From assembly GCA_016748015.1 (NCBI GenBank), contig JAAOMT010000299.1, forward strand, positions 338,166-402,165: DNA of 64,000 nucleotides, read 5' to 3'. Below, in pieces: positions 40,236 to 54,942 of the stretch; within the stretch, counting starts at the first letter, position 1; each line of letters opens with the position of its first letter. Origin of the DNA: Geosiphon pyriformis uo1. Its lineage: Eukaryota; Fungi; Glomeromycota. Made by a program: the position numbers and the translations under genes. The notes under the pieces were generated by a model that made no database searches, had not been told where the DNA came from, and saw only the letters and a list, made by a program, of their open reading frames with translations.

Positions 40236-40854
40236 TTTTTTTAATTGTATTGTTTTTAAAATCAGTAATTTAATATTTTAAGTTGGTAATTATACATGTT
40301 TTATTTTTTATTTTTCTGATTTTTATTATTATTAATGTTTTATTATTGTAATTTTTAAGTCTTTAAAAACTTTGAATACAACTGTTGTAAAAATTAATAC
40401 TTTATTTAAATATTATTATTGCTACAAATATTAGAATTTAAATTATAAAATATTATTGTTTTTTTTTAAACTTTTTTTTAAGTTTGCTAATAGTTTTAAG
40501 TTTTATTTTTTATTTTTTATTAATACAAAATTTCATATAAAATTTTTTATTTCTTTGGTTTTTCTTAATACAATCAAATTTGAGATAATTCATATTAAGA
40601 TAACTTATAATCTATAATAAGTTATAGTATTTTAAATCTACCAATTTAATAGTTAAATAATTTTTATATTTATAATTCATATTTGTAATATTCAATAATC
40701 TATAACTTTTTATTATTAGTATAGATTATCTCAAATATTAGATTTAGTTTAAATTCTGTTAATTTTGGTAAAATTACAGTAAAGCAAACCAATATTTCTA
40801 TGACTAAAAATACTATATAATAATATAACATTACTTATTTAACAAAATGATCAT

Positions 40855-41320
40855 TAATCATATAAATAATTAAGTCAAAGTTTTAAATTGTCCTAAGTTC
40901 TAAATTATTATTAATTTATATAAGTAATTAAGTCAAAGTTTTAAATTGTTTCAAGTTTTAAATTATTACTAATTTTGTAAATAATTAAGTTAAAGTTTCA
41001 AATTGTTCTAAGTTTTAAATTATTATTAATTGTATAAGTAATTAAATCAGGGTTTCGAATTGTCTTAAGTTCTAAATTATTATTAATTGTATAAATAATC
41101 AAGTCAGAGTTTTGAATTGTTCCAAGTTCTAAATTATTATTAATTGTATGAATGATTAAGTTAAAGTTTCAAATTGTTCCAAGTTTTAAATTATAATTAA
41201 TTATATAAGTAATTAAGTCAGAATTTCAAATTATCTCAAGCTCTAAATTATTATTGATTGTGTAATTGTTTTAAGTTTTAAATTATTATTAATTATGTAA
41301 GTAATCAAATCGGATTTTTA
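40855..41320. repeat. Tandem array of ~57-bp units, about 7.5-8 copies
   Basis: Unit marker TAAGTCAAAG-like at 40871, 40929, 40986, 41043, 41100, 41157, 41214, then a partial unit. Units differ mostly by C/T and G/A. Confidence 0.92.
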
Positions 41321-41499
41321 AATCAGTCTTATTTGATTAGTCTTAATTGTACTTTTTTTTGCTTTTTAATTCTACTATGTTTAATAGCAAAAAACATACT
41401 ATCTCTTTAGTTTGTATTCTACAAAGTTATAAAAATACTATACTTTATGATAAGTTTATAGTACTTAATTAATATTATACAAATAATAAAAACCAATTA

Positions 41500-43030
41500 A
41501 AAACTACAAGACACTTTAAGGAAAACAGTTTTCTATACATGAAATAGTCTTTAATTTTGGCTTGAATCAAAGATAAATCAAATTTTTATTTATAAACAAA
41601 TACAATACATAATTTAACTAACAAGTATATATACATAGTATATAATTCTAACTTTAATAAAACACTTGTTATTTTTGTTTAAAAGACAAAATTGTATAGA
41701 ATAATACTTACTGAAAATGTAATTTAAGCTGCTGACATAAAATTTTATAATCAATTAGATATTTCAAAAAATGAGTGCCAAAAACTATCTAATGACTGGC
41801 TTGAAAACTTTAAAGACTGTATTAAATTGTATTTATTTTATTTTTATAATAATGTATTATCAGTTAATATTAAATATATTAAAAATAAGTAAATATATGT
41901 AATAATATTTCTTGCTAATTAGAAGTTATACAATATTTTTAACATAAATGAAACTATACTATTTTATGCCATATTACCAAATCAAAATTTTGCTACAATA
42001 CTATGTTATGGTACCAAACAATTAAAAATGTGACTAATACTTGCTTTTATAATTAATACTAATAGAACTGAGTATTTATTATCACTTATTATTAGTTATG
42101 CTAAATATTCACATTGTTTTTAAAAGAAAACAGAAAAACAACTTGGTTTTTAGTATTATTTAAACACTTGTGCTTAAATAACTGGTAATATTTTTCAACA
42201 GTGGCTTGTTGATTGAAATTATTAGCTGTATAAAAAAAACCAAAACAAATTGTTATTAATAAACAATTTTGCTAATCACAAGATTTATTACAAATATTCA
42301 TATAGAATAATTTGTATTTAACTTAACAGCATATATTTAGCCTATAAATACTGAAATTATTTATTGTTTTAAGGCATATTACTGTTATCATTTTTTTTAC
42401 TATACATTAAATCTTTTTGATAATAGTATTAATAATATTTATACAATCAACCAACTTTAAACAATATGTCTAATTTATAAAACATAAAAAAATGTTTCAA
42501 ATAAAATAATCACTTATTGCTAACACAAAATTGGCATTTTTTTAATTAATATAAATGACAACTTTCAGAATAAAACTGCAAACTTAGAAATAATAGCTAA
42601 TTATAATCAAAAAATAGTATTAAAAAAAATTAAGGATTGCTATAAAGAGTTTAATTGTATACAACCAAATCATATATACTTATCAATTGAAAAGTTGGTA
42701 AATCTATTTAAAGAAAACAATACAATTACTTTAAAACATTTAAATTACAAATTATATTAAAACAAATCATAAAACAAAGTCTAATAGCTCTGATAAAAAA
42801 CAAGAAATACAAAAAGTAATGAATATTAAAGATGTACTAATTGTTATTACAAATTTTAAACAATTTATAGAGCTTAAAAATAGCAAGAAATTTTATGATA
42901 TAGTTAATAAGCTTGTTTATATTAAATATATACTTTATAAGAAAATATAAGATAAACAAAAACAAAAAAGTAATAATATTAAAAGAAAATATAATATAAA
43001 AAACAAATCTAATATATTTAACTTTAATAT
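41500..43030 (+). mobile_element. Relic pogo/Tigger-type (Tc1/mariner superfamily) transposase; boundaries approximate
   Basis: HTH relic KLSNDWLENFK (~41782); NIFNINETTIFY (from NxDETxxFY, ~41932); YYLNTCA*ITGNIFQQWL; LLLINNFANH (from LLxDNxxxH, ~42250); HI*PINTEIIYCFKAYY (from QPxDxGII..FK..Y, ~42330). Confidence 0.88.
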
Positions 43031-44749
43031 AAATATTAATATAAATAAAAACTTAAGTTGTTTTAAATATAAAAAAATGTTTAATAACTTAATAATATTG
43101 TAAAAGCATAAAATTTTTAAAGAAATCAAGTTTAATTTTATAAAAACTGCTAAATAATTAGCTGGTTTAATTTTAGATAATTATAAAATAATTTAAATAA
43201 TTTAAAAAATAACTTTTTTAAGTAATTTTTTTTATAGTTTTAATATAACTTAATTTAAACTAAAATTGTATTTAATTATATATAAAAAATACATAAATAA
43301 TATTTAGTTTAAGACTTTATATATTAAATAATTATTGAATTAATATATTAATAAAAAAAAAAGTTTAATTGTTATTTAATTTAATAAAACAAAATATATT
43401 CTAAATATAATTTATATAATTTTAATATATAACTAGATAATTGGCTAATTAAAAAAATATTACATATTTAAAATTATTATTAAAATTATAAAAATATATA
43501 TTTAAATTTTAAGTCGAAATTAAAAACATAATCTTTATAAATATTAAAATTATAAAAAATTTCTTATTAATAATTTTTATTAAGCTTTTTATTATATTTA
43601 AAAATAAATTATTAGTTTTAATTAGACTATTTTATTAAATTATAATAAAATTTTATTAACTTAGTATTTATATTTTAAAATTACTGTTAATTTTTTAGAA
43701 AATTTTTTTATAAATAATTATAAGGTTATTTAAAACTTAAAATACTAAAAATAATTTAATAATTATTATTAATATTATTAAATTTTTGTTATTATTTTTA
43801 AATATTGTTAAATTTAAATAATTAAATAAATAAAATCTAATTATTATCTAATAAATATAAAATTAAGTATTTTAAATTAAATATAATTCATATTTTTTTA
43901 TGTAACTAATTATTTAAATTAATTAAAATATTTTAATTCAAATATTCTTATTTAATTAAAAAAAACAAATAATGTATTTTTAAACCAAAACTTATAATAT
44001 AATCTTTTATAATATTAAACATCTATATTATATTATTTAACAAAATAATAAAAAAACCAAAAACACTAATAGACATAAAATTATTAATATACAATAATTT
44101 TTTTTAATTTTAAGCTTAAAATTAAACAACTAAATATATTTTTTATAGTCTATTGTTAAATTATAAACAAAATTAACTATTTTTAATATTATAATTTTAT
44201 ATTATTAATACACATTATTAAAAATTAAAATACCAAAAAAATATTTAAATTTATAGCAATTATAAATTGTTAAAATAAGAAAGTATTTATTTAATATATT
44301 TTAATAAGTGGTTAAATTTATATTATATACAAAACTATAATCTAATATTTTTATTTTATTATATTAAATACATAAAATATTAGAATAAATTATATTATAT
44401 AATTATTTTTAATTATTACAAATAATTTTATTATATATGTATATAAATTAATTATAATTTTATTTATAAACTTAAAAATTATAAAAAAATTAAAAAATTA
44501 AAACAAATAATATAATATTAATTAATAATATTTGTTTTTATTTATAATTAGTTTATTTTATATTATTTAGTTACAATTAATAGTTTTTTTATTTTTTTGG
44601 TAAATAATAATTTTTAATTTTATTAACAATATTTAACAAGTATAGTCTAACTATTATCTAGTACATAGAACCAAACTAAGAAGCTCAAACTAAACGCAGT
44701 TCACGCACTTTCTACATGTGACTAGCCACTTAGGCCAGACAAGGCAACA

Positions 44750-47700
44750 CTATACACCGATATTAACACTCGGATTACCATTCAAACCAGAGAAGAAAAG
44801 ATATAGCTTGCAATGGCCGAAATTAACAGCAAAAGAGCTGGCAATGCCAAGCATCCTTATCACCTTATCAGGCAACAAAGAACCCAAACAACGAGACAAA
44901 CCAGAAAACAAACCATCATCTCTGATCAGACCAGTCTTCTTCATTCTCACCCTAAATGCCAATCTCACCAACTAGGCTTTAGAATGATGTAGCTCAACCA
45001 AACACCCAACAAAACCAACCACAGCACTGACAGCCTTCTTCCTACCATTGAAAATCTTTACTGCCTCTATACACTACTCTCTCAGCACAAACCCTTTACA
45101 CAGAACTGAATATAAATTAACATCCAAAGAACACTGACCAAGAGATTGCAAAACAGCAGAGGATGATGAGCCACGAAAACCGATCATAGACAGCCAGTCT
45201 GAAGACACCGCAACCAAAACCTCCTTGCAAACCTTCACATTATGAGAACACGTGAAAACATGGTCTGGTAATTTCACTTCATAACATAGTAAGCACAGTA
45301 CACCAGGGTACAATTTATTATACAACTACTTTCTAACTGCCACAAGAAGCCATCGGTGCACAGTCTTCATCAGATACATGCGAAGACAAGAAGACCTTCA
45401 ACTAGTAAAACCAGCAAGCATATATGAATCAGGATGCCACACTCTAACAGTAGCATTCCAATCCATATCCTCAACCAGCACATCAGAAATTACATCCTGG
45501 CCTGGTCCTGCCTCCCATCGTGCATGGCAAACAGATCTATACAAATCCTGAACAAAATGACAAGTATTGTCAGAGACCGGTGTATTCTCAGCAACCAAAA
45601 AGCACTTCCAGACACTGACAGGCAAAGATAAATGAGAAAAAACAGCTTCCCCAGCAGCGGCATTAGCCTTAACATTACCAACAACTCCAGAATGCCTTTT
45701 GACCTTAATCCAATGTACAGAAAGATCTTTTTCATGAACCAAATCAAAAATTTGGCATCTCTCTAACCAACAAGAAGAGCAAAAATCAGGCACAGACAAT
45801 AACATCTCAGAAATGCACGCATTAATAGCCGCTTGGCTGTCAGTATGCATGACTATAGTACAAAAAGACGGAACACACTCCAGAGACAAAGCAATGGCTT
45901 GCAATTTGGCCATAGTAGAAGACAACAGCCCATGAACTTTAATGCCAATACTCATATCAATAGCAGGAAAGAAGGCCGCTGCACCATTGGCAACATCAGC
46001 CTCTCCAAAATTTTTTAACGAGCCATTCGTAAAAACCTCAAACGAGTCAGACCAGACCTCATGCAACCCACTAACAACTGCAGAAAACTCCTCAGAATCC
46101 AAAATGCTCATTCCAGAAAGACAAGTAGACTCTACAGAGCTGGCCAATGAAGCACCAGTACTGCAAAAAAAACCAAACACAACCATAAACCAATGAGGAA
46201 CAAAACCCCTTGGATCCAGCCTCTTCCAACATTGAAAAGTCATCCAACTCATAATATGCTTCTTCTTGTCAAACAATCTATTGCCAAACACCACACCAAA
46301 TCACTTCAATGAATGAACAGAATCGAAATACAAAGAACTCCTTAGGATAGAGGACACAGAAAAACTACCAGAACCACAGAAAGCATTGGGCAAGCTATTC
46401 GACAGAGACAGCTTGTTGCACAAAAAAATCTTAACCATGCCCGCCAGAAAATTGTTCACAAGACTAACATGCAACCCAACAGGAAATTGTAAAGGATTCA
46501 AAGGAGACCACTCCAGAACCTGCAAATCAAGAAACCTGTGCTCAAACAAATGTCCAAGAACACCAAAAGAGTTGGAAAATGAAATCAAGACAGCCAACTT
46601 TCCCTTAGACTGCACCTGCTTAAAAGACTTCAGACCATATAAAAATGAATGACACAGAGCCTCGCTGGGGAAATCATGGGACAAACCAGCTTTAGATTTG
46701 AGGCCTTTCCTCAACATCACATCTCATTTGTTACATACATTTGACGAGACAAAGCTGAACTAAGTGCAATAGCTAACAATAGGCTGCAAGACGGCCGACA
46801 CCAGATACGAGAACTGTTTATTAGTAATAGCCTTTCTGAAAACCACATTAGCAAAGAAACAAACATTAGAATGCATCTTGGCCACACTTAGCTTCAAAAG
46901 CCCCTTAGTGGACAAAAAAATACCCAGGTAATGATGAACCTCATCCTTTTTAGCTATCAAAATAGGCAGACCATTAATACTCAAAGAAACAATTTTAACA
47001 CCTCGATTGATTGGAATGGCTACAGTCTTCTTATTGTTGATGGAGATGTCATTAATAACAAAAAACTCACTCACAATGTCTAAAATGTTCTGAATAGTAG
47101 CTTGACAGTTCCCAACCCAAATTGTATCATCAACAAAAGCACCAGCCATGAAATAGGAAGACAACTCACTACTGTCCTTAATTTGATCTGATTTTGAAAC
47201 AAACTTGAAACTTATTTGATACTCAAAAATTTGTTCATGTTTTTTAATCTCACACAGAAGTGGATCATAAAAAATTCTCCACAAAAGGGGCAAGAAAACT
47301 TCATCCTAATCTAAACCATCACAAACATGATATCTATCAGAGAGACCAAAATCAGTCATTACTCTGTTGAATCTACTCTCATGTATACTACCAAAAAATT
47401 TGATGAATTTGTCACACATCTTAATCCTCCGCAAACTAGCCTCCAAATAATGCCATCTAACAGAATTTTATGCTTTTTGCATGTCCTGCAGGACCAGCCA
47501 AAGTTCCCTATTCTTTTTGAGAGCATTTTCCACAACCGCCCCAATAGCAAACACCAGAGATTGCATAAATGTGCCCTTTAACACTAAAAAATTGTCACCA
47601 CGGAGAACACTAAACTTACTATATGTGAAAGAAATCCAATTGAACAGAACCTTAGAGAGAATCTTCCTGGCAGTTTCAATCAGAGCAATAGGATGAGTGT

Positions 47701-49441
47701 TTGTGAGAACACTATCCCAATCATACGGCTTAGGAATCATTAACACCCAGGCCTTTTTCCAAGAAACAGGCACCCCGTCAATGGACAAGCAAGCATTCAG
47801 CAAAACCAAAAGACAGCTTAGAACCACCTTACCATCATGCTTCCACAACTTATTGGGAATACCAGACAGGCCAGCGGCCTTACCATTAGGCAGACCACCC
47901 ACCACCAGAAGCAATTCCTCCATATCTACTTTCCTTATAACACCAGAGAAGGCATCATCCCTTATATAATCCAACGGCATGTACTGGCGAACCCAGCATT
48001 TAGACAATGATTGAGATACAGCGTGAACCCTTATTCACCCCATCATGATCTCATCTACCTTAAACTTTACCTCTTCAGGTTCCAAAACCAATTCATCATT
48101 AACCACCAAATGATCAAGAACCACCTTACAAAAAGGCCAGTCCAAAACACTTTGGATCATGCCACCTTTATTAGAAGCAAAGCTCTCCATGTGCTTTTCT
48201 GTAGCCTTTTTGATAGAAATCTCCTCAGCCAATCTTGACTCAAACATCTTTGACCTTCTATATTTCTTGTGAACTGATGACAAATGCTCAAGAAAAACAA
48301 TACTGTCCCCACTCAAGATAACCAAGTCAGAAAAAGCACTAGTCTTGGTCTTGTCTAAAGTAAACCATTTTCTTACAAGACAATCTACTCCAAGCATGTC
48401 ACCAGAACCAATCTTACTAACAATTTTGGCAATGAACAGCTCAAGTCCAAAAAACTTCGAAGAATGTTTATTCCTAGAGCACTGAAATTCACTAAACCAA
48501 TGCCTCACAAACACTTTATCAGCTGACTCAACTATCCCCCTTTCCAAAATCGCCCACATAGCATCCAAATTACCACCAGCTTCGGCCTCAAAGAAAAAGT
48601 TCATGACTAACAGAAGTTTATCCAAAACACAATCCTTAAACTTAACTCATTTGGCACTCTCTGCATCTCTAATTCTAAACTTTCAACAATTTTTGTTAGT
48701 CTGCTTGTACAAGCTATTCAAATGGACATCCAAGAGTTCACCCAAACCAACAGAAACCATAACAGCATTGTGATTAGTGTCAAAAAAGTCCAAAACAGAG
48801 CCAATTCTATGGCCAGCAACAGCAGAAACCAAATTCCCACTAACAAAGATAAAATCAATAGTCCATTTGACTCCCTTAGAATTACTTTATGTAGAAGCCC
48901 CAACCAAAGATTGACCAACAAATGAATTGACCAAATCCAAACCTGAGCAGAATTTGAAACTTGCACTCCTTCCTGATCTATTTTCATTGAAGTCACCACC
49001 AAGAACAACAAAGATGCTGGAGTTAACAGCCTTGGCAATAAGAGAATTCATCTCAGAAGCCTGACCAAAACAAACACCAGAAGAGGCACCAGCATACAAA
49101 CCAATAACAGAAACTGAAAGTTTATTCCTGAACAAAAGCCACACAGCAATAATCTGGCCAGGAACCTCCTCAACCTTAGAAACATGACGAGCCAAAGAAT
49201 TGTTCATGATAATGGCAACACCAGCACTAAGAAAACCAATGTCCAAATCAGAAGTAAAAATACAAACACCATCAAATTTATTCTTGATCCAAGGACTAAT
49301 AGAAGACCTTAATTTTGTCTCAGTAACAAAAGACACCATCAACCCAGATTTAACGTGCCAATGGAGAACATCCACTTGCTTCGCAGAAACATTGATACCT
49401 CAGATATTACATGTTGCAAATTTCCATATCAAAGCACTCAT
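44750..49441 (-). pseudogene. LINE ORF2: APE endonuclease - RT - RNase H - C-terminal zinc-binding motif
   Basis: ATG 49441 MSALIWKFATCN; VTETKL, LGGDFNE; GKAAGLSGI, PIALIETARKILSK, WLVLQDMQKA, GAFVDDTIW, YLGI; EVFTNGSL, KLQAIALSLE, HTDSQAA, KVKRHSGVVGNVKANAAA; CLLCYEVKLPDHVFTC; ends VNIGV* at 44750. Confidence 0.94.
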
Positions 49442-51320
49442 TGAGAAGAAAAAGGTAAGAGAAAACCCGAACCAGAACACAAAAGATCTAACCTAGCCAA
49501 AACAGAATCAACAGAAGCAACATTTTAGACCCCAAACCACCCATTTTGGTAGTTAAAACCTTCAAGCTACTCAAACTAAAGCCAGTACCCAAAACAGTAC
49601 TCAGAGGATGGGGAGTGGACAATGCCAATTCACCATTTAGAGCCATATCAGAATCTAAAACATAGACCAAAGGCACAGAGCCAACCAAAAGAGGAACACC
49701 AGCAGAAGAAACCTTGGGCACCAATTCAACAAAACTCAATTTCCTTACAATACCAAAAACCTGTTCAGCCAACAGCTCGAAAGAGCATTTCAAGGATGCC
49801 AAACGAGTATTTAAAGAAGAATTGTTAATTGTAGAAGAGGGAGAACTGTCACCCAAACCTAAAGTTTCTAGAGAAGAGAAGCCAATACCAGTAACAGAAC
49901 CAGAAGGAGAGCCACCAGAAGAAAAAGCAAGAGAAACTACCTGAGTCCATGATTTGCCACCAAAGGCAGCAGGGCAAGAGATAGAAACATTTTTCTTTGC
50001 ATATAATTTGGCCAACTGAAGATGATCCACACCAGGAGCATGTTTTCTATTAAATGAACTCAAGAGACCAGAAGGCAACATATCTGACACATTACACTCT
50101 AGAGCCGAATGACCTAGATGCCCACACTTTCCACACCAAACTAAATCCAATCTAGCCCATGAGAGATGCATACCACCAAAAACAGGCTTAGTGAGAAAAG
50201 CAGAATTCAGATCATTTTTGAATTTGAAGCCAACCACAGCACAATAAACTCTATTGCCAGTGTCCAACAAACAATTAATAATGCAAGTCTTGCCACCAGT
50301 ATTATCTAAAAGATTACCAAGATTATGTGCAGTTGTTCCCACCAGCAAAGTAAACAAAAGCGCCTTAAAACAATCTCTAAAGGCCCAGATATCACGATTT
50401 CTCATGGCTTTTGCCACATGCACAGAATCTTTCTTGATTAGGAATGACTATTTCAAAGCCAACATATCAGCCTGACTTGATTCGGTGAACTCTACCACAG
50501 CCTTCTGTCATAACCCAATTAGTTGCACTCTAATTGACTTAATTTTACCAAATTCGGCAACTGTGACAATAATTATATCTTTTGGCATGTCCATGGGAAT
50601 TTTTTTGATCACCACAGCCCGATCTGAGTGAATTTCTTGTCTCTTAAGATTGCTGTTTACTATGATGTTATTTTCTCTGGCCAATAACGCGGCCTTATCC
50701 ATGCTCTCTGATGAAGTGAATGTCAATCTGATAATCCCCTTAAATTTTGAAGGGGTAGTGGCCCCCCCAAAATCATTGATTCTTAAAAATAATTTTCTTA
50801 TAACCTGAATTTTAACTGTTGCCGATTTCCTTTCTACAGCCAAGAGATTGATGTCCAAAGTGAAATATTTTTTCACAGCTATTTCCATCTGAGTTTTAAT
50901 GATTTTGGGATCAATCCACACCTTATTCAAAGAGAAAGACTTGTGAAAAGGAAGAGAAACCTCTTCTTTCTCCTCCATGTCATAATTAATAGAGCCAATA
51001 ATTGCATCATTATTAAAACGTTTGGCTTGGAGTGTATTTATCTTGAAATCAGATACTCCTTTACCTTCAAAAGCCTTTCTATCAGTATCCATGCTATTAA
51101 ACTGCCCGACTACTTAACCAGACCCACTACCTTTGAGAGTTACACCATTACTCGATAGTTTAGCACCACTGGGAGATTTCTTGACCTTATGACTTGAACT
51201 GCTACCAACTGAACCAGAAGTTGGAACTCTGATCAATCTTCTTTTAGCATCAGTGCCACTCATAAGAGCAGCCAGATTAACAACAAAAGGATTTGTTTCT
51301 TGTAAAATATTGGATGACAG
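49438..51320 (-). pseudogene. LINE ORF1 (nucleic-acid-binding protein); start approximate
   Basis: ORFs 50508-51092 and 49488-50423; the ancestral frame ends ...LDLLCSGSGFLLPFSSQ* with TGA at 49440-49438. Confidence 0.88.
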
Positions 51321-54300
51321 TATGAAATAACAGAAAAAACTTCTTTCAAATTATGACTCTTTTTTAGAAATTTGGGATAAAAGAGAGAAAGAAGTTTTTA
51401 TAATAATTTTTTATAAAATTAATTTTTTAGAATATATTTTTTTTTTTAGATTATTATAATATTAAATTACTTATAATAATAATTAAATTACTTGTTATAA
51501 TATTTAAATTATTAAGTTGTTATTTATACTACTTTTAATTATTTTTGAATTAATTACAAATTTTTAAATAAATAAATAAATAAAATTAATATTTTATTAA
51601 TTATTATAATTAAAAACAATTGTTTTAATTTATAAATTTTTCAAAAGTATTATGTTAATTGTATTTGGCTTAAATATAAAAAAATAAATAAATTTTAATT
51701 TATTATATATATAAATTTTAATAATAATTTTAATTAATTTAAAAGATTAATAAAATCAAATTTAATTACTTTAATTAAGTTTTGAATACTAATATAAAAA
51801 AAAATTTAATTATAAAATATAAATATTTTTTTTTAAAGCTAAAACTATATATATATTTACATATTTTTAATTTACAAAATAGTTTTTAAAAACTTGTTAT
51901 TTTTATTATTTTTCTATACTATTTTGTTAATTATAATCTATTATTTTATTTTATTTATGCTATTTTGTGTTATTTGATATTATTATTAATTATTTGATAT
52001 TATTTTTAACTATTATTAATTATTTTATATTATTATTTACTATTTGTATATATTTTTAAATTATGTATTTTTTTTTGATTTTTGTATTAGTTTTTTATTT
52101 AATAACAATTTTTTAATTTAAATGTGTATTTACATATTTTAAATTAGTGTTTATTATAATATTTATTATTATTATTAAATTTTTAACTTTGTTTAAACTT
52201 AAATAATCTCTTAAAATTTTGAAAAAATAGAAATTTTTAAAATTATTTTTAATAATTTTTAACTTATTTTAAGAATTTTTATCAACAATTGCCAAAAGAT
52301 TAATATTTAAATTAAAAAATTTTACAAAATTAAACAATTTTTTTTCTTAAAAAAAAATAAAACAAAGATTTTTAATTTTTTAAACACCAAAAAAAACTTA
52401 AAAATCTTATTATTATTTAACAAATTCAACAAAAAAATCAAATATAAGTTTTTCAAAAAAATATTTTATCTAAGATTTTAAAAACATTTATATTTTTTTT
52501 ATTAGCAAAATTAATTTTTTTTACATAAACTTTTTTTATCTTTTTTAATATTTAATTTTCTACTAATATTATTAATATAGCTGTTAACTTTATACAATTT
52601 AGAATTTGTAATAAATTTTATTATCTTTATATTTAAAAAATTAATAAAAAAATTAATAATTAATGTTTTAACATTTAGTTTTTTTGTTTATTTTATTAGA
52701 AATATACACAAAAATATTATGTTTTACATTTGAATAAATTTCTATACTATTTTTATTTTTAATTATATTAGCAATAAAAATGTTTATTGTGTTTAATTTT
52801 ACAAAAATAGCACATTAAAAGAAATAACTTAAAAAAAAACCAAGAAAAAAATAAAGCAATAAAATATTTTTTTAATATCTTTTTGTTTTTTTGTAATTAA
52901 AAAATTAAAAAAAAAAACTTTAACATTTTTAATATAAAAAACATTAATAATAAAAACAAAATTACAGCAGATTTTATAATCTTTAAAATAATAAAATTAT
53001 AAAATAATTTTTATATATTTTTATTTAATCTTAAAAAAACATTAAATATTTAAATAAAAATTATTTATTTAAAAAATTTTGTTAATTAATAATTATTTTT
53101 AGATATTATTAATATTATTAATGTTTTATAAAAAATCAATTTAATTTTTATATTATTAATTTAACTTTTAAAATTAAATAATTAAATCAAATTATATATT
53201 AATACTTATTTTGTTTTGCATTTACATATAATAATAATTTGTTAAGAATAATTATGTTAAACAATATAATTATTTGTTAATTTGTATTTATTTTAAAAAA
53301 TATATTGTTTTTATTATTATCTAAATTAAAAAAAAGCATTATTTTTTATAGTTAAATTAATAGTTATTATTGATAATAATAAAACAAAATTAATAAAAAT
53401 TAGTATTAAATAAAAAATTAATAAAAAATTTATTTTAAAAATTCCAAAAAAAAAAATATTTATTAAAAATTTTAAAAAATTTTGTTTTTTGATTGTTTTG
53501 TTTTTTTAATTATTTAAAATAAAAAAATACAGTTAAAATAATTAAAATTTATTTTGTTTTAAAAATAGCTTTTTAAGTAGATATTATTTTAATTATAATA
53601 AAAAAAGTAATAATTACTTTTTTTTATTTTTTGCTTTGGTTATAAACATTAAAATTTAATAAAATTGTTAAATTTATTATTAATAAACAAAAGTTTTTTT
53701 AGCAATATTTACACAATTACAATTATATTAGTTTTTATTAAATATATAATATTAAGTATTAAAAATAATAATATTGTTAAAAATTGAAGCAATATTACAA
53801 AAATTAATATTTATTAATTATTATATATTTAAAAATTACAGTATTAAATTATTGTATCTTATTTTTTATTTTAACAGATTTAATTATTAATTTATATCTT
53901 AAAAAACTTTAAAACAAAAATGGTAAAATATATAAAAAGTAATAATTGGTTTTATAAAATCATTATATATATTAAAACAATATATTCATTAAAATTTTAC
54001 AATTTTAACAACAAAATTGTTAAAAACAGACATAAATATATTTTACAAACTAATAGAAAAACATTTAAAAATTTTTAAATACAAATTTTTTTTAATAATA
54101 TTAATACTTATAAAAAAACATAAAAAACTAGAATTATTAACAATTAAAGCTAAACTGTTTATACAAAATAAAACAGTATTTTATTTATTTAAAAACATTA
54201 ATATAAAGATTAAATTATACCAAAAGACCAAAGAAAATTTTTTATTTTATTTGGTTTTTATTAAAAAAAAAAACAATTTATTTTGCTTTATTAATAAGAT

Positions 54301-54942
54301 AAATGGTAAATTTTATATTAAATTCTTTGCACCTATCTCTCTGAAATTAAAAAAATGCTAAAACATAAATGGTGGTTTTAACAAGATAATAATCTGAAGC
54401 ACAAATATAAAATTGCTTAAGCATTTATTGCCAAAAATATTCATTGAAAACTTATGGGCTATTATTTAAACCAATTAAGGCTATTTATGGAAGAGAAATT
54501 GTGAATTGGGTTAGCGGGATGGGATTTTTTTTTATAATCTGGTGCATTAGTTGAAATGTAATAACCAAATCCAGGTTTTTTTTGTCCACACTGTAACAGC
54601 CTAATTTATACTTGGTAATCTGAAGTTTATTAGGAATGATAAGATCTAATGTAGGCGTTTTTAGATGTTTATACAAATTAGAATTTTTCAAGATAAATAA
54701 AAAGATTAATATAAAACACAAGATAACCATCTTGTTATTATTAATATAATAATTATCAAGTATCGGTTAAATTTAGGTATTTGTATAAGAAAAGAATAAG
54801 GGAATAAAAAAATAATTTTAGTTCAAATAAAATAGGTACATTATCTAATGTGATCAAATTCAACTTCCTTCGAATTAGGTTTTAATAAGTGTTTCCAACT
54901 CTCAACATTCACAATTACCTCAATTTATTAACAATATTGTGG

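Larger units (their letters stand above)
44636..51395 (-). mobile_element. LINE copy B, apparently full length (~6.75 kb); least mutated copy but still pseudogenised
   Basis: ORF1 (RRM-like segments, knuckle CGKCGHLGHSALEC, C-terminal coiled-coil-like stretch) followed by ORF2; the 3' UTR is homologous to the remnant at ~16030-16135. The 5' boundary is approximate. Confidence 0.95.

Noticed and set aside
40855-41320. CRISPR-like array
   Set aside because: Units are contiguous and similar along their whole length with no unique spacers; no cas genes; eukaryotic context.
44718-51158. Numerous plus-strand ORFs over LINE copy B, and similar antisense ORFs over the other elements
   Set aside because: Shadow frames of transposon coding sequence with no independent motifs.
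51400-54361. Possible DNA-transposon ghost and ORF 54017-54361 in the A/T desert
   Set aside because: Low-complexity K/I/F/N/L translation and no motif strong enough to name a family.
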